Shown here: positions 7,727-15,377 of the stretch, in pieces
Position numbering within the stretch: position 1 is the stretch's first letter
Layout: every line of letters begins with the position of its first letter
From: an uncultured virus (IMG/VR IMGVR_UViG_2657245648_000004)
Lineage: Duplodnaviria; Heunggongvirae; Uroviricota; Caudoviricetes
Reading direction: 5' to 3' (one strand)
DNA length: 20,774 nt
Virus record (IMG/VR): IMGVR_UViG_2657245648_000004
The notes under the pieces: model-generated
What the model was told of the DNA's origin: nothing
Database searches by the model: none
What the model saw: only the letters and a program-made list of their open reading frames with translations
Program-made: the position numbers and the translations under genes

Positions 7727-8293
7727 CTAATTTCTTACCTCATTTAAAGTTTCTTCCTTATAACGCTTAGCAATTTTCGTAGCTTTTTTAATTTCTTCTT
7801 CTAATGCAGTTACCATTAATTTTTCGTACCGCTTCCATGTTTGACGATACACCTCAGGATTCATCTGAAAACTTCTAATGCCGGCATAAACTAAGCGCCC
7901 TGGATCTTTATGTCCGTTCTCCAGCTCTGGATCTAAAGCATAGTCAATAACAATACGGGCAATTAACCAGGCTAAATGATAAATAGCGATTCCTTCTGGC
8001 TCTCTTCTTTTATCCTTTTTGGCTCCATCCATCATGATTTTCGCCAGGTGATTCCTAACGTACTCATAATCCTGTTGTGATTTTCCTTCGGTCATAATGA
8101 CCATTGCAACCGATTTTGTAAGTTGATCACCCATAGCAGCTACCACCCCTAATTTATCTTGAAAGTCTATTGACCTCCCATCTGTACACCTAACATTCGC
8201 AGCCCCATAAGATGGTGATTTAAGACTTCCGCCACTTACGAACCATTCAAAAATTTGAAATCTTGACCAATCCATTACCACTAGAGACTGCAT
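7727..8293 (-). CDS. Probable late antitermination (Q-position) regulator
   Basis: Last early-right gene before a promoter and terminator stack. Function inferred from position; no Q motif recognised. Confidence 0.5.
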   Translation of the reverse strand: MQSLVVMDWSRFQIFEWFVSGGSLKSPSYGAANVRCTDGRSIDFQDKLGVVAAMGDQLTKSVAMVIMTEGKSQQDYEYVRNHLAKIMMDGAKKDKRREPEGIAIYHLAWLIARIVIDYALDPELENGHKDPGRLVYAGIRSFQMNPEVYRQTWKRYEKLMVTALEEEIKKATKIAKRYKEETLNEVRN

Positions 8294-8303
8294 ATTCACC
8301 ACC

Positions 8304-8588
8304 TTAATTATTCAAATGCTTTTGGAACTCACTGAAAAGTAGTTCCTCGATTGGTTCATCAACACTTAATTCATGATCAAGAGACCAAGGATTTATATAA
8401 ACTGTATCCCCACACATAACGGCGAGCTTTCCCTTAAACTGACAACCAGAAAATTCCTGACCGTATTTACCTGCATACAGCACAGCCAAAGCATCAAACT
8501 CATCTGTACTCAAAAATGCATTCATATTTATTTTCAATATGAAAAATTTCTTATCTACAGTCCAACCTACTGTTTCAATGTCGCTCAT
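8304..8588 (-). CDS. Hypothetical phage protein
   Basis: SD GAGGAG; co-oriented; 94 aa. Confidence 0.75.
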   Translation of the reverse strand: MSDIETVGWTVDKKFFILKINMNAFLSTDEFDALAVLYAGKYGQEFSGCQFKGKLAVMCGDTVYINPWSLDHELSVDEPIEELLFSEFQKHLNN

Positions 8589-8597
8589 AAACTCTCC

Positions 8598-9008
8598 TCA
8601 AACCTCTCTAACATCAATACCGTGCACCGTCTTCATCAGGTGTTTCTTGTTGCGATAACTTGGCAGCTTTCTAGTAGCAATAGATTTAACGTCCTCAACG
8701 ATGTATTCGCCATTGATGAGGTAATAAGTAAAATCCGCAAAATATCTAAGCGCTGGCTTTGTGCGTTTCTCCCCCTCTATCTTTGTTCTAGGTGCCAATT
8801 CAAATTTTGTATGATGCTCTAAACCAAAGATTTCACCGCGTTGTTGCAATGCTTTAAGTTCGATATACCGCTTGTATTCTTTGGTGCTATCAAAAGTCAT
8901 TCCATCTAATTGAACTTTCGAGGCATTAAACTTATTACGACCCTTCTTAGCTTTGTGGCCATTTGGAAACTTTGAGTGATAGTCAGCTAAGCTCATGGAT
9001 GTCATCAA
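8598..9008 (-). CDS. DUF1064 family PD-(D/E)xK nuclease (resolvase-like)
   Basis: NKFNA..VQLDGMTFDS.KE, YFADF.Y, VEDVK motifs. Confidence 0.9.
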   Translation of the reverse strand: MMTSMSLADYHSKFPNGHKAKKGRNKFNASKVQLDGMTFDSTKEYKRYIELKALQQRGEIFGLEHHTKFELAPRTKIEGEKRTKPALRYFADFTYYLINGEYIVEDVKSIATRKLPSYRNKKHLMKTVHGIDVREV

Positions 9009-9328
9009 GCACTTCCCTTATTTAAACGATCCAATTCATTAGCAAAATGGCTATACATCTGAGACTTTTCAAAATCTCTAATACGACCTAATTCGTGTGC
9101 TTCAGCTCTATATTTTTGAGCCAAATCACTTAATGAGTTTTTGAGCCTATTCAACTCCCCTTGCTGACCAATGCTCGTTTGAGCCATATCCACTAAAGCG
9201 CAGATATTCAAGGGATGAGCAACCACATCTACAAATGGTCCATAATGTCTATTACATGCATGAATCGCATCTTCAGCAGCTCTACGGATGAGCACCAACT
9301 GCCTTTGTGATAACTTGGGCTCACTCAT
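9005..9328 (-). CDS. Hypothetical phage protein
   Basis: Coupled to both neighbours by short overlaps. Confidence 0.75.
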   Translation of the reverse strand: MSEPKLSQRQLVLIRRAAEDAIHACNRHYGPFVDVVAHPLNICALVDMAQTSIGQQGELNRLKNSLSDLAQKYRAEAHELGRIRDFEKSQMYSHFANELDRLNKGSA

Positions 9329-9518
9329 GATTTACACCTGCCTCGCTCACTTCATCATTGCCTAGTAAAGGTGTCATGACACCATCAGGCCATTTAAAGC
9401 AAGTGATCCAACTTTTATCCCATTTTGCCCAAACACCATATTTACTTACTCGGTAATACACTCCAGCTTGCCAATGTGTTGCACCTTCTGGGCGCTGTTT
9501 TGATATTTCTTCAAGCAT
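9321..9518 (-). CDS. Hypothetical Trp-rich phage protein (PEGATHW module)
   Basis: Overlaps neighbours; PEGATHW motif is common in phage accessory proteins. Confidence 0.7.
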   Translation of the reverse strand: MLEEISKQRPEGATHWQAGVYYRVSKYGVWAKWDKSWITCFKWPDGVMTPLLGNDEVSEAGVNHE

Positions 9519-9927
9519 GGCTTGCTCCGTATATTGATTCGTAATTTGATAAATGACCTTCTACAAGCTTGATACGATCATGGAGATTGGGAAATTGAGG
9601 TCTCAGCTTTAACATTCCATACATACTTTCCACATGGCCATAAGCATCATCAATTTTTCCTGAGTACCATTCGTTTAAGTAATCAACTGATTCAACAAGG
9701 CGTTTTAGGTCTTTAATAATTACTGGTTCAAAGCCACGTTTTTTAAAATATTCCCCATTGTTTTCAGTCAAGTTCCAGCACTCATGTATTCCATTGTGGA
9801 ATTGAAAGTCAGGTTTTTCTCGAAAGTAATATCCACCCCAATAGCTTTCAGCATTACCTGGTGCAGAATTGATTATTTTGGTTGCTGCTTGAATCCCATT
9901 GTCACGAATAAACTTAGACGCTTGCAT
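9511..9927 (-). CDS. Hypothetical phage protein
   Basis: Start at MQASK (9927) with SD GAGGGG. Confidence 0.78.
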   Translation of the reverse strand: MQASKFIRDNGIQAATKIINSAPGNAESYWGGYYFREKPDFQFHNGIHECWNLTENNGEYFKKRGFEPVIIKDLKRLVESVDYLNEWYSGKIDDAYGHVESMYGMLKLRPQFPNLHDRIKLVEGHLSNYESIYGASHA

Positions 9928-10618
9928 GAATATCCCCTCCCTCACCTAACTGTCTAACTGCTTTAACGAAAGTGTTTAGCTTCAGATCACGTTGTAATTT
10001 TCGGATTTGATTTTCCTGCTCAGCATTCTTTTGCTCTAATCGTATGTAATTACGCTGCATGTAAAGGATCTGCTCTGGATCCTGTAGGCGAGCTAAAGCC
10101 ATGGTTAAAAGATTCATTTCGTTCTGAATGTTTCGTACTTCAAAAGCTAAAGACTTAAAGTTCTCTTCAACTTTTTCATGATCGAAATGACTTTTATTTT
10201 TATTGGACCATTTGCAGAAATATTTGATTTTTGGTGCAGATAAAACCCCTGCAATTACTTTACAAATTCCCTTTTCACTAACGTAAATAAGACCCCATTT
10301 TTCAGGCAGTTCCTCAGGCTTAATTAAACCAGTGGGGCAAATGTAATAACGGTATTTGCCCATACCCATTTCAGGATTTAAACGATGAGGTTTAGAACGG
10401 TCAGCCAAGAAATCTGCCCGACTTGTTTTCGCCTCGAGTAGAAAAGTTCCTATCCCATGCGAATGAATGCCATGACGTACACCAAAAACATCAGGGTTTT
10501 CGCCATAACAGGACGCTTCAATTATTGTGAAATGACAACCATGGCCATTAGCGGATTCAGGGCGTTTTAGAAATTTTGCGCCGATTTCACAAAGCTGGCG
10601 GTGTGTTAGTTTGCTCAT
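9914..10618 (-). CDS. PD-(D/E)xK nuclease-fold protein (MmcB-like)
   Basis: ENPDV...LLEAKTSRADFLAD..K and YYICP...PEELP..WGLI motifs; ATGA overlap with the upstream gene. Confidence 0.7.
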   Translation of the reverse strand: MSKLTHRQLCEIGAKFLKRPESANGHGCHFTIIEASCYGENPDVFGVRHGIHSHGIGTFLLEAKTSRADFLADRSKPHRLNPEMGMGKYRYYICPTGLIKPEELPEKWGLIYVSEKGICKVIAGVLSAPKIKYFCKWSNKNKSHFDHEKVEENFKSLAFEVRNIQNEMNLLTMALARLQDPEQILYMQRNYIRLEQKNAEQENQIRKLQRDLKLNTFVKAVRQLGEGGDIHASV

Positions 10619-11088
10619 TGGCCACACCCCTTAACTACTGCACATCCCAATAACAAACAAAGAAAGAAAAAAGTTTTATTGATTGCTTTTGATTCATCAT
10701 GTCCATCAATTTTTTGTGAGGCTTTGCTTTGCTGATCTTCAGGCTCTTGGATCTCAATATCAGAGACCAAACAGCAAAATGGTCGACCGTCATCTAAACG
10801 TCCAAACACCCGGTTATCTTCAAAAAGATCGACGGTGCCATTACCCACAAAGCGAATACTGTCCTGTCCCTTGTCTGGTACATGAGTGAAATCCACATGC
10901 ACACGTGTACCCTTGCTTAGTTCTGCTGCTTTAACTGTATTGCGTATTTTTTCGATGTCGTCTTCGCTTTTAACCAGGGCATAATGCTTATCAAAAAAAC
11001 TGTCGCGTTCGATGTACATACAAGAATCAAATTCCTGAAGCACCTCTTTTAATTTTTGAATTCCACTAGCTGTGTTCAAGGTAATCAT
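10615..11088 (-). CDS. Hypothetical phage protein with C-terminal hydrophobic segment
   Basis: ATGA coupling to rep; C-terminal FFFLCLLLGCAVV. Confidence 0.75.
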   Translation of the reverse strand: MITLNTASGIQKLKEVLQEFDSCMYIERDSFFDKHYALVKSEDDIEKIRNTVKAAELSKGTRVHVDFTHVPDKGQDSIRFVGNGTVDLFEDNRVFGRLDDGRPFCCLVSDIEIQEPEDQQSKASQKIDGHDESKAINKTFFFLCLLLGCAVVKGCGQ

Positions 11089-12191
11089 GCAGCCCCCTTG
11101 GTTGGGTTTTTAAAGCCCATTTCGATTAAATATGGAATGAACGGTTTTTGTTTCTCGGGATCCGCAAGTAAATTTGCAATACGCTTGCCCACGTCTTGCC
11201 AAGATTCACCTGGCTGCGTGTATTTTTCTGGCAAATTCGGATGCAAAGCTAAACGGCGAGCAAAAGCAAAAAGTTGTTTATCTGAAGCAAAAGTTATTAC
11301 TTCAGGCAATGTGTTTTCAGGAATGAATTGATGGTCATTTGAGTTTTTGTTTTCAAAAGTACGAGGTGCCGGTGTTTTCATCTTTGCGTATTTAGCGCGT
11401 GCTTTAAGCATCCACTCTGCAAAGAATTTAATCATGTCGCTATCAGAATGATTACGCCCCTCATTGAATCCCTTGAAAGCTTTCAGCTCTCTCTCAAACC
11501 AAGAGGCATTAAAAATCTCGTCGGTATTGATTGACGGATTGATAGAACAAATTTCTAATTTCAAATTTTCCAAAACAAACCATGTATTTTTTTTATTTTG
11601 ATAAGTTGGTTTTGATAGTGTGTTTTGTGTGTTAAAAATTTTAACTAGCAGGGGTAAAAAATTTTTACTAGCAGTAGTTAAATTTTTTAACTGGCTAGGG
11701 TTTTCAAGGTAGTTAAAATTTTTAACTAGCAAGCGTGATTTTTGAGGGAAATTTAAACAGAGATTTTTACTCTTTTTGCCCTTAGTTAATTTTTTGGGTG
11801 CAGGTTTCTGGTAGTTAAAATTTTTAACTAGCTGACCATTAAACAAACTAAAAGATTGAACAAGAACTGAGCTTTTATTTGGGAAATTAATGTACTCACC
11901 AACAAAATAATTATCAATTAATGAGTAAACATTCCCGTATACAGATTGGGCATGCTTTCTTACTAAACCAACTTTGACAAGCTCTTTTGTAAATCTAACA
12001 ACTGTAGGATGACTTTTTCCTGACAACTCCTCTAATTGAGTAATAGAAAGCGCATCACACTCTTTTGCCCAGCCACGTGTTTTACGGTTAATAATTAAAT
12101 AGATCTTCACTGATGCATCTGAGATTTTACTCATTGCCTCATCAACAAACGCATTTGCCACCTGAAATGAATTAGGGACATATTTACTCAT
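11085..12191 (-). CDS. Phage replication initiator (lambda O-like, N-terminal wHTH)
   Basis: RKTRGW.K..D.LS..QL.ELSG HTH; internal iteron cluster; position after the immunity region. Confidence 0.88.
   Translation of the reverse strand: MSKYVPNSFQVANAFVDEAMSKISDASVKIYLIINRKTRGWAKECDALSITQLEELSGKSHPTVVRFTKELVKVGLVRKHAQSVYGNVYSLIDNYFVGEYINFPNKSSVLVQSFSLFNGQLVKNFNYQKPAPKKLTKGKKSKNLCLNFPQKSRLLVKNFNYLENPSQLKNLTTASKNFLPLLVKIFNTQNTLSKPTYQNKKNTWFVLENLKLEICSINPSINTDEIFNASWFERELKAFKGFNEGRNHSDSDMIKFFAEWMLKARAKYAKMKTPAPRTFENKNSNDHQFIPENTLPEVITFASDKQLFAFARRLALHPNLPEKYTQPGESWQDVGKRIANLLADPEKQKPFIPYLIEMGFKNPTKGAA
11631..11832. repeat. Replication origin iterons: five 19-bp copies of GTTAAAATTTTTAACTAGC consensus
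   Basis: Copies at 11631, 11654, 11677, 11712 and 11814; palindromic core TAGTTAAAA-T-TTTTAACTA. Confidence 0.85.
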
Positions 12192-13042
12192 GCTGCAACC
12201 TCCAGCACTGGAATACGTTTTCTTTTAGAGCGCGTATTTGAAAACTTTGAAACAAGATCCTGGTATTCATACAAAAGTGAATAATTTGGATGTATACCGG
12301 TTAGATCTGGGAGAGTGCGCAAACTAGCATGCATTGAATACCCAGTGATTTCTTCAACTAGGCACATCAATGCATAAATTTGAGGATTTTTAACTGCACC
12401 GTGAACAAGGTCTTTTGGGCTACCCATAATGCATGTGATGCAACTTAATCGATCATTATCCTGATATGCCCAGTGAGGTATCTGACCAGCATTTTTAATG
12501 GTTTTAAAAACTTCACTGGTTGTTAATGAATGGATTGGCAAATAGTCATACCAGGTACGGCCTGCTTTACCATTTTCTGATGCAATCTTAAATATCTGCT
12601 GCTTCGCTCGGTTACTGGACTCTTCAGCTCTTAAGCCAACACAATTAACGATACGATCAAAGCCATTAGCTTTTGCATAACGGCGTATCTCTCGAGTAAT
12701 TGGACCTCGTTTTAAATCACTAGTGCATTGACGATACTTAGGTGAAGGAAATGAAGGAACTTCTGGCCGTTCTGAATAACGTTTTAGAACCATATCAAGA
12801 AAAGATTTTTTAGCTTTAGCTACGATAAAAGGAACCCCAGCTATTTCAGCTTGTTCACGGGCGAGTTCCAATGCACCAGGCCACTCCATAAAACCTAGAC
12901 TGGCATGCACTACCAGAATTTGCTCCTTAGGAACAAACTCCAGCAGCTTAATCATCATGGCTTGGCTATCCTTCCCGCCACTATGATTAACAACAAAAAG
13001 CGCTTTTAATTTAATTTCGTCAAATACTCTTAATGGAGTCAT
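12188..13042 (-). CDS. Phosphoadenosine phosphosulfate (PAPS) reductase family / PP-loop protein
   Basis: HSGGKDS PP-loop, R.CT..LK, GLRAEES..R, RLSCITC. Confidence 0.88.
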   Translation of the reverse strand: MTPLRVFDEIKLKALFVVNHSGGKDSQAMMIKLLEFVPKEQILVVHASLGFMEWPGALELAREQAEIAGVPFIVAKAKKSFLDMVLKRYSERPEVPSFPSPKYRQCTSDLKRGPITREIRRYAKANGFDRIVNCVGLRAEESSNRAKQQIFKIASENGKAGRTWYDYLPIHSLTTSEVFKTIKNAGQIPHWAYQDNDRLSCITCIMGSPKDLVHGAVKNPQIYALMCLVEEITGYSMHASLRTLPDLTGIHPNYSLLYEYQDLVSKFSNTRSKRKRIPVLEVAA

Positions 13043-13254
13043 GTGGTAACTCCTTCTTTGTATTTTCTGCGCTTATATCGCATGTCATAACAAGCTTTAC
13101 ATGCAGCACAAAAAGCCGGTGCACCATTTTTTTTGGTATGACCTTTACGCCAGAAGAACTCTTCATCCATTGGGTAATATTCTTTGCAATGAATACAAAG
13201 TTTTTCGGTACCTAATTCGGTCTGAATCGTTTTTGGCAAAGGAGCATTAGTCAT
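13039..13254 (-). CDS. Small zinc-finger protein
   Basis: CIHC...CKAC; ATGA coupling on both sides. Confidence 0.75.
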   Translation of the reverse strand: MTNAPLPKTIQTELGTEKLCIHCKEYYPMDEEFFWRKGHTKKNGAPAFCAACKACYDMRYKRRKYKEGVTT

Positions 13255-13577
13255 TTAGGCTCCCCTTCATCCAAAATCTGAATAAAGCTACCCAAGTATC
13301 GGATCCGCTTTGCTCGATAAAGGCTCGAGATGATTACCCCTGCGTGATAAAGATTAATCCCATGCACACCGTGTTGATTCACAAGAGCTTGCATAAATTC
13401 ATCACGTGTAACTGCCGCATTTTTTATATCGCGGTTTCCACGAGCTAAATTTTCCTGACGTTTTTTTAGCAACCCAGCCAAAGTTATTAAAGCTGGCTCA
13501 TGCCAACTTTGGTAACTCTGCTGACGTTTCTGCTCTAACAATTTGTCTTTATTCGACTGATTTGATAAATTAGACAT
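13251..13577 (-). CDS. Hypothetical phage protein (possible winged-helix)
   Basis: SD AAGGGA; coupled to the downstream gene. Confidence 0.75.
   Translation of the reverse strand: MSNLSNQSNKDKLLEQKRQQSYQSWHEPALITLAGLLKKRQENLARGNRDIKNAAVTRDEFMQALVNQHGVHGINLYHAGVIISSLYRAKRIRYLGSFIQILDEGEPK
13543..13571 (+). promoter_or_regulatory. Candidate antisense (pOOP-like) promoter
   Basis: TTGTCT-17bp-TAAATT with TG extension at 13563-13564. Confidence 0.5.
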
Positions 13578-13637
13578 GTTCTTTGATCCCTTCGATTAAT
13601 GAACACTTAAAGCTCGATCTCGCACATCGGGCTTTTT
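13578..13637 (+). ncRNA. Candidate OOP-like antisense RNA (~60 nt)
   Basis: Promoter above plus a + strand terminator AAAGCUCGAU-CUCGCAC-AUCGGGCUUU-UU (13609-13637). Confidence 0.5.
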
Positions 13638-13901
13638 ATTTGTTTGGAATACGGAAAAAATACTTTTAAAGAAACTCATGTATTCAATTGAATGCATTGT
13701 ATTCTTTGATTTTTTTAGCTCTTCAATAGATGATTGGCCCAAGTCAACTTCGATCTTTAGTTCAATGGCCTCTCTAATCCACTTAGCTCTAGCACCACCC
13801 GCCAATTCATCCACAAGTTCTTGCACTTCGATTGGCACTCTTGTCGACATTGGTGCTAATAATTTTTTGCTTGTCTTTGAATGCGTATTTAAGTTTTGCA
13901 T
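13596..13901 (-). CDS. CII-position regulator with ribbon-helix-helix-like segment
   Basis: MSTRVP.EVQELVDELA...RAKWIREAIE RHH-like pattern; SD AAGGA before ATG 13901. Confidence 0.65.
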   Translation of the reverse strand: MQNLNTHSKTSKKLLAPMSTRVPIEVQELVDELAGGARAKWIREAIELKIEVDLGQSSIEELKKSKNTMHSIEYMSFFKSIFSVFQTNKKPDVRDRALSVH

Positions 13902-14021
13902 AGGTTTTCCTTTGCTTCTTGTTGGTGCAGACACTCAAAATCTGCTGTTGGAAATAAGTCATTACAACGGACTTTCCCCTTACTTTTTTGGTCTAATTCA
14001 AACAAATATTGATCACTGGTT

Positions 14022-14270
14022 TTATGTTTCTGAAAAAATGTCTGGTCTTAGATCTGTAAGAGGCACTTCTCCGCCACTCTGGTTGGAGATTTTCTTTGAC
14101 AAAATAGGTGAAACGCTGCCGCCATATGCAATTTGCAATAAGTTTCCTTTGGTAGTTCCACACTTTTCTGCAAATGCTTGAACTTCGGTATCCGAGCCAA
14201 GTTTTTTCATGTAAGCCAATAAACTGCCTACTTGAGTTTTGATACGTGCAGCATCTTGAACAGAAGTCAT
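14022..14270 (-). CDS. cro: Cro-like HTH repressor (YdaS family-like)
   Basis: FAEKCGTT..NL.QIAYG HTH and DLRPDIF C-terminus; divergent from cI. Confidence 0.85.
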   Translation of the reverse strand: MTSVQDAARIKTQVGSLLAYMKKLGSDTEVQAFAEKCGTTKGNLLQIAYGGSVSPILSKKISNQSGGEVPLTDLRPDIFSET

Positions 14271-14298
14271 AAATTGGGTCCTAAAGTTGCTTTTTTAT

Positions 14299-14327
14299 AA
14301 TTTAGTATTTTACTAAGTTGATTGCAA
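14299..14327 (-). promoter_or_regulatory. PR promoter
   Basis: Minus strand TTGCAA-17bp-TAAATT, with an operator in the spacer. Confidence 0.7.
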
Positions 14328-14374
14328 GCTTCGTTTAGTATTTTACGCATTTATTTTTTTAGTATTTTACTATT
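14301..14374. promoter_or_regulatory. OR operators: three 17-bp sites
   Basis: TTTAGTATTTTACTAAG (14301), TTTAGTATTTTACGCAT (14334), TTTAGTATTTTACTATT (14358); palindromic TTAGTA-N3-TACTAA. Confidence 0.8.
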
Positions 14375-14384
14375 TAATTCAGCT

Positions 14385-15158
14385 ATGGATATTTCAGCAA
14401 TACGCAAAGCAAACCTCATTAGGTTGCTTGAAAGTTATAGTACTCAACGTGAGTTTGCAGAGATCGTGGATACCCCCGCCTCTTATATCACTCAAATTAC
14501 ACAAGGTACTCTTGGGAAAAATGGAAAACCGGTTAGCCTGGGAAACACTGTCGCCCGCAGAATTGAAAAGAAGTTAAATCTTTCTCATGGGTATATGGAT
14601 GTTGACCACACAAATGCTCCAAATGTAGTTCCTTTCAATCCTCAGGTAACACCTAAGTCAAATGACTTGCGTATTTCTCCAGTTGAATTTAAATCTTCCT
14701 TTGAAAACAAACATACAATCAGAATTCCTGTGCACAAAAATGTAAGAGCGTCCTGTGGGGATGGTGTAGCAAATTTTCTTGAAGACGTTACAGACTATTT
14801 AGAAGTTGACCCAAATTTTCTTAAATTAATGGGTATTAACATAAAACCTGAAAGGCTAAGAATCATATATTCTTCAGAATACAGTATGTGGCCTACAGTG
14901 ACTCCAGATAGCCCTTTGTTTGTTGATACAACTCCTGTGGACACATCAACAATGATAAGTGGGGATGTGTATGTATTCCTACATAACAGCCTACTTAGAA
15001 TGAAACGTGTATTTGTGAGCTATGGTGATGAAAAGACTGTACGCCTACAAAGTGATAATCCTGATAAGAAAAAATATCCGGATGAAGTAATAACCCGAGA
15101 GCAACTCAATGAGCTAGTGTTTTTAGGTAGATTAGAATTATCCCTGGTCAAACCTTAA
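14385..15158 (+). CDS. cI: CI-like repressor (HTH plus S24 autopeptidase)
   Basis: N-terminal HTH (QREFAE...ASYITQI); Cys-Gly cleavage site (ASCG); catalytic SMWP and MKR. Start at ATG 14385. Confidence 0.92.
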   Translation: MDISAIRKANLIRLLESYSTQREFAEIVDTPASYITQITQGTLGKNGKPVSLGNTVARRIEKKLNLSHGYMDVDHTNAPNVVPFNPQVTPKSNDLRISPVEFKSSFENKHTIRIPVHKNVRASCGDGVANFLEDVTDYLEVDPNFLKLMGINIKPERLRIIYSSEYSMWPTVTPDSPLFVDTTPVDTSTMISGDVYVFLHNSLLRMKRVFVSYGDEKTVRLQSDNPDKKKYPDEVITREQLNELVFLGRLELSLVKP

Positions 15159-15185
15159 TAAGTTTTCAAAATTTTTATCTTATTT

Positions 15186-15212
15186 AACCCACTCTTTAGT
15201 GGGTTTTATTTT
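15186..15212 (+). terminator. cI terminator
   Basis: AACCCACT-CTTT-AGTGGGTT followed by TTATTTT. Confidence 0.75.
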
Positions 15213-15228
15213 GTCTAGCAGAAAGTCG

Positions 15229-15301
15229 TTTAGTATAAGAATAAATTATTTTTAGATTTATACTAAATTTATTGTTGCGTACCATTTAGTTTTTTACTAA
15301 A
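15229..15301. promoter_or_regulatory. OL operators: three sites matching the OR consensus
   Basis: TTTAGTATAAGAATAAA (15229, weak), TTTAGATTTATACTAAA (15251), TTTAGTTTTTTACTAAA (15285). Confidence 0.75.
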
Positions 15302-15303
15302 CT
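15275..15303 (+). promoter_or_regulatory. PL promoter
   Basis: TTGCGT-17bp-TAAACT with an operator in the spacer, mirroring PR. Confidence 0.72.
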
Positions 15304-15320
15304 AAATTTCACCAAGACAA

Positions 15321-15368
15321 TAAAAAAGCACACCGAACCTTCTACCTCTCGATGTGCTTGCTACTGCG
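15321..15368 (-). ncRNA. Candidate antisense RNA to the PL leader (~48 nt)
   Basis: Minus promoter TTGACT-18-CATAAT (15404-15375); minus hairpin GCACAUCGA...UCGGUGUGC plus U6. Confidence 0.45.
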
Positions 15369-15377
15369 AGACCAATT

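Noticed and set aside
6071..8822. Plus-strand ORFs 6071-6304, 6652-6834, 8373-8822
   Set aside because: Antisense to the co-oriented minus-strand operon; no recognisable protein features.
11631..11832. Repeats as a CRISPR array
   Set aside because: Spacers are 4-83 bp and irregular, and the repeats lie inside rep, matching origin iterons.
10683..14181. Plus-strand ORFs 10683-10889, 11056-11331, 13033-13215, 13678-14181
   Set aside because: Antisense shadows of rep, zinc-finger, CII-like and cro genes.
14322..14384. Upstream TTG start for cI
   Set aside because: The extension runs through operator DNA; the HTH begins just after ATG 14385.
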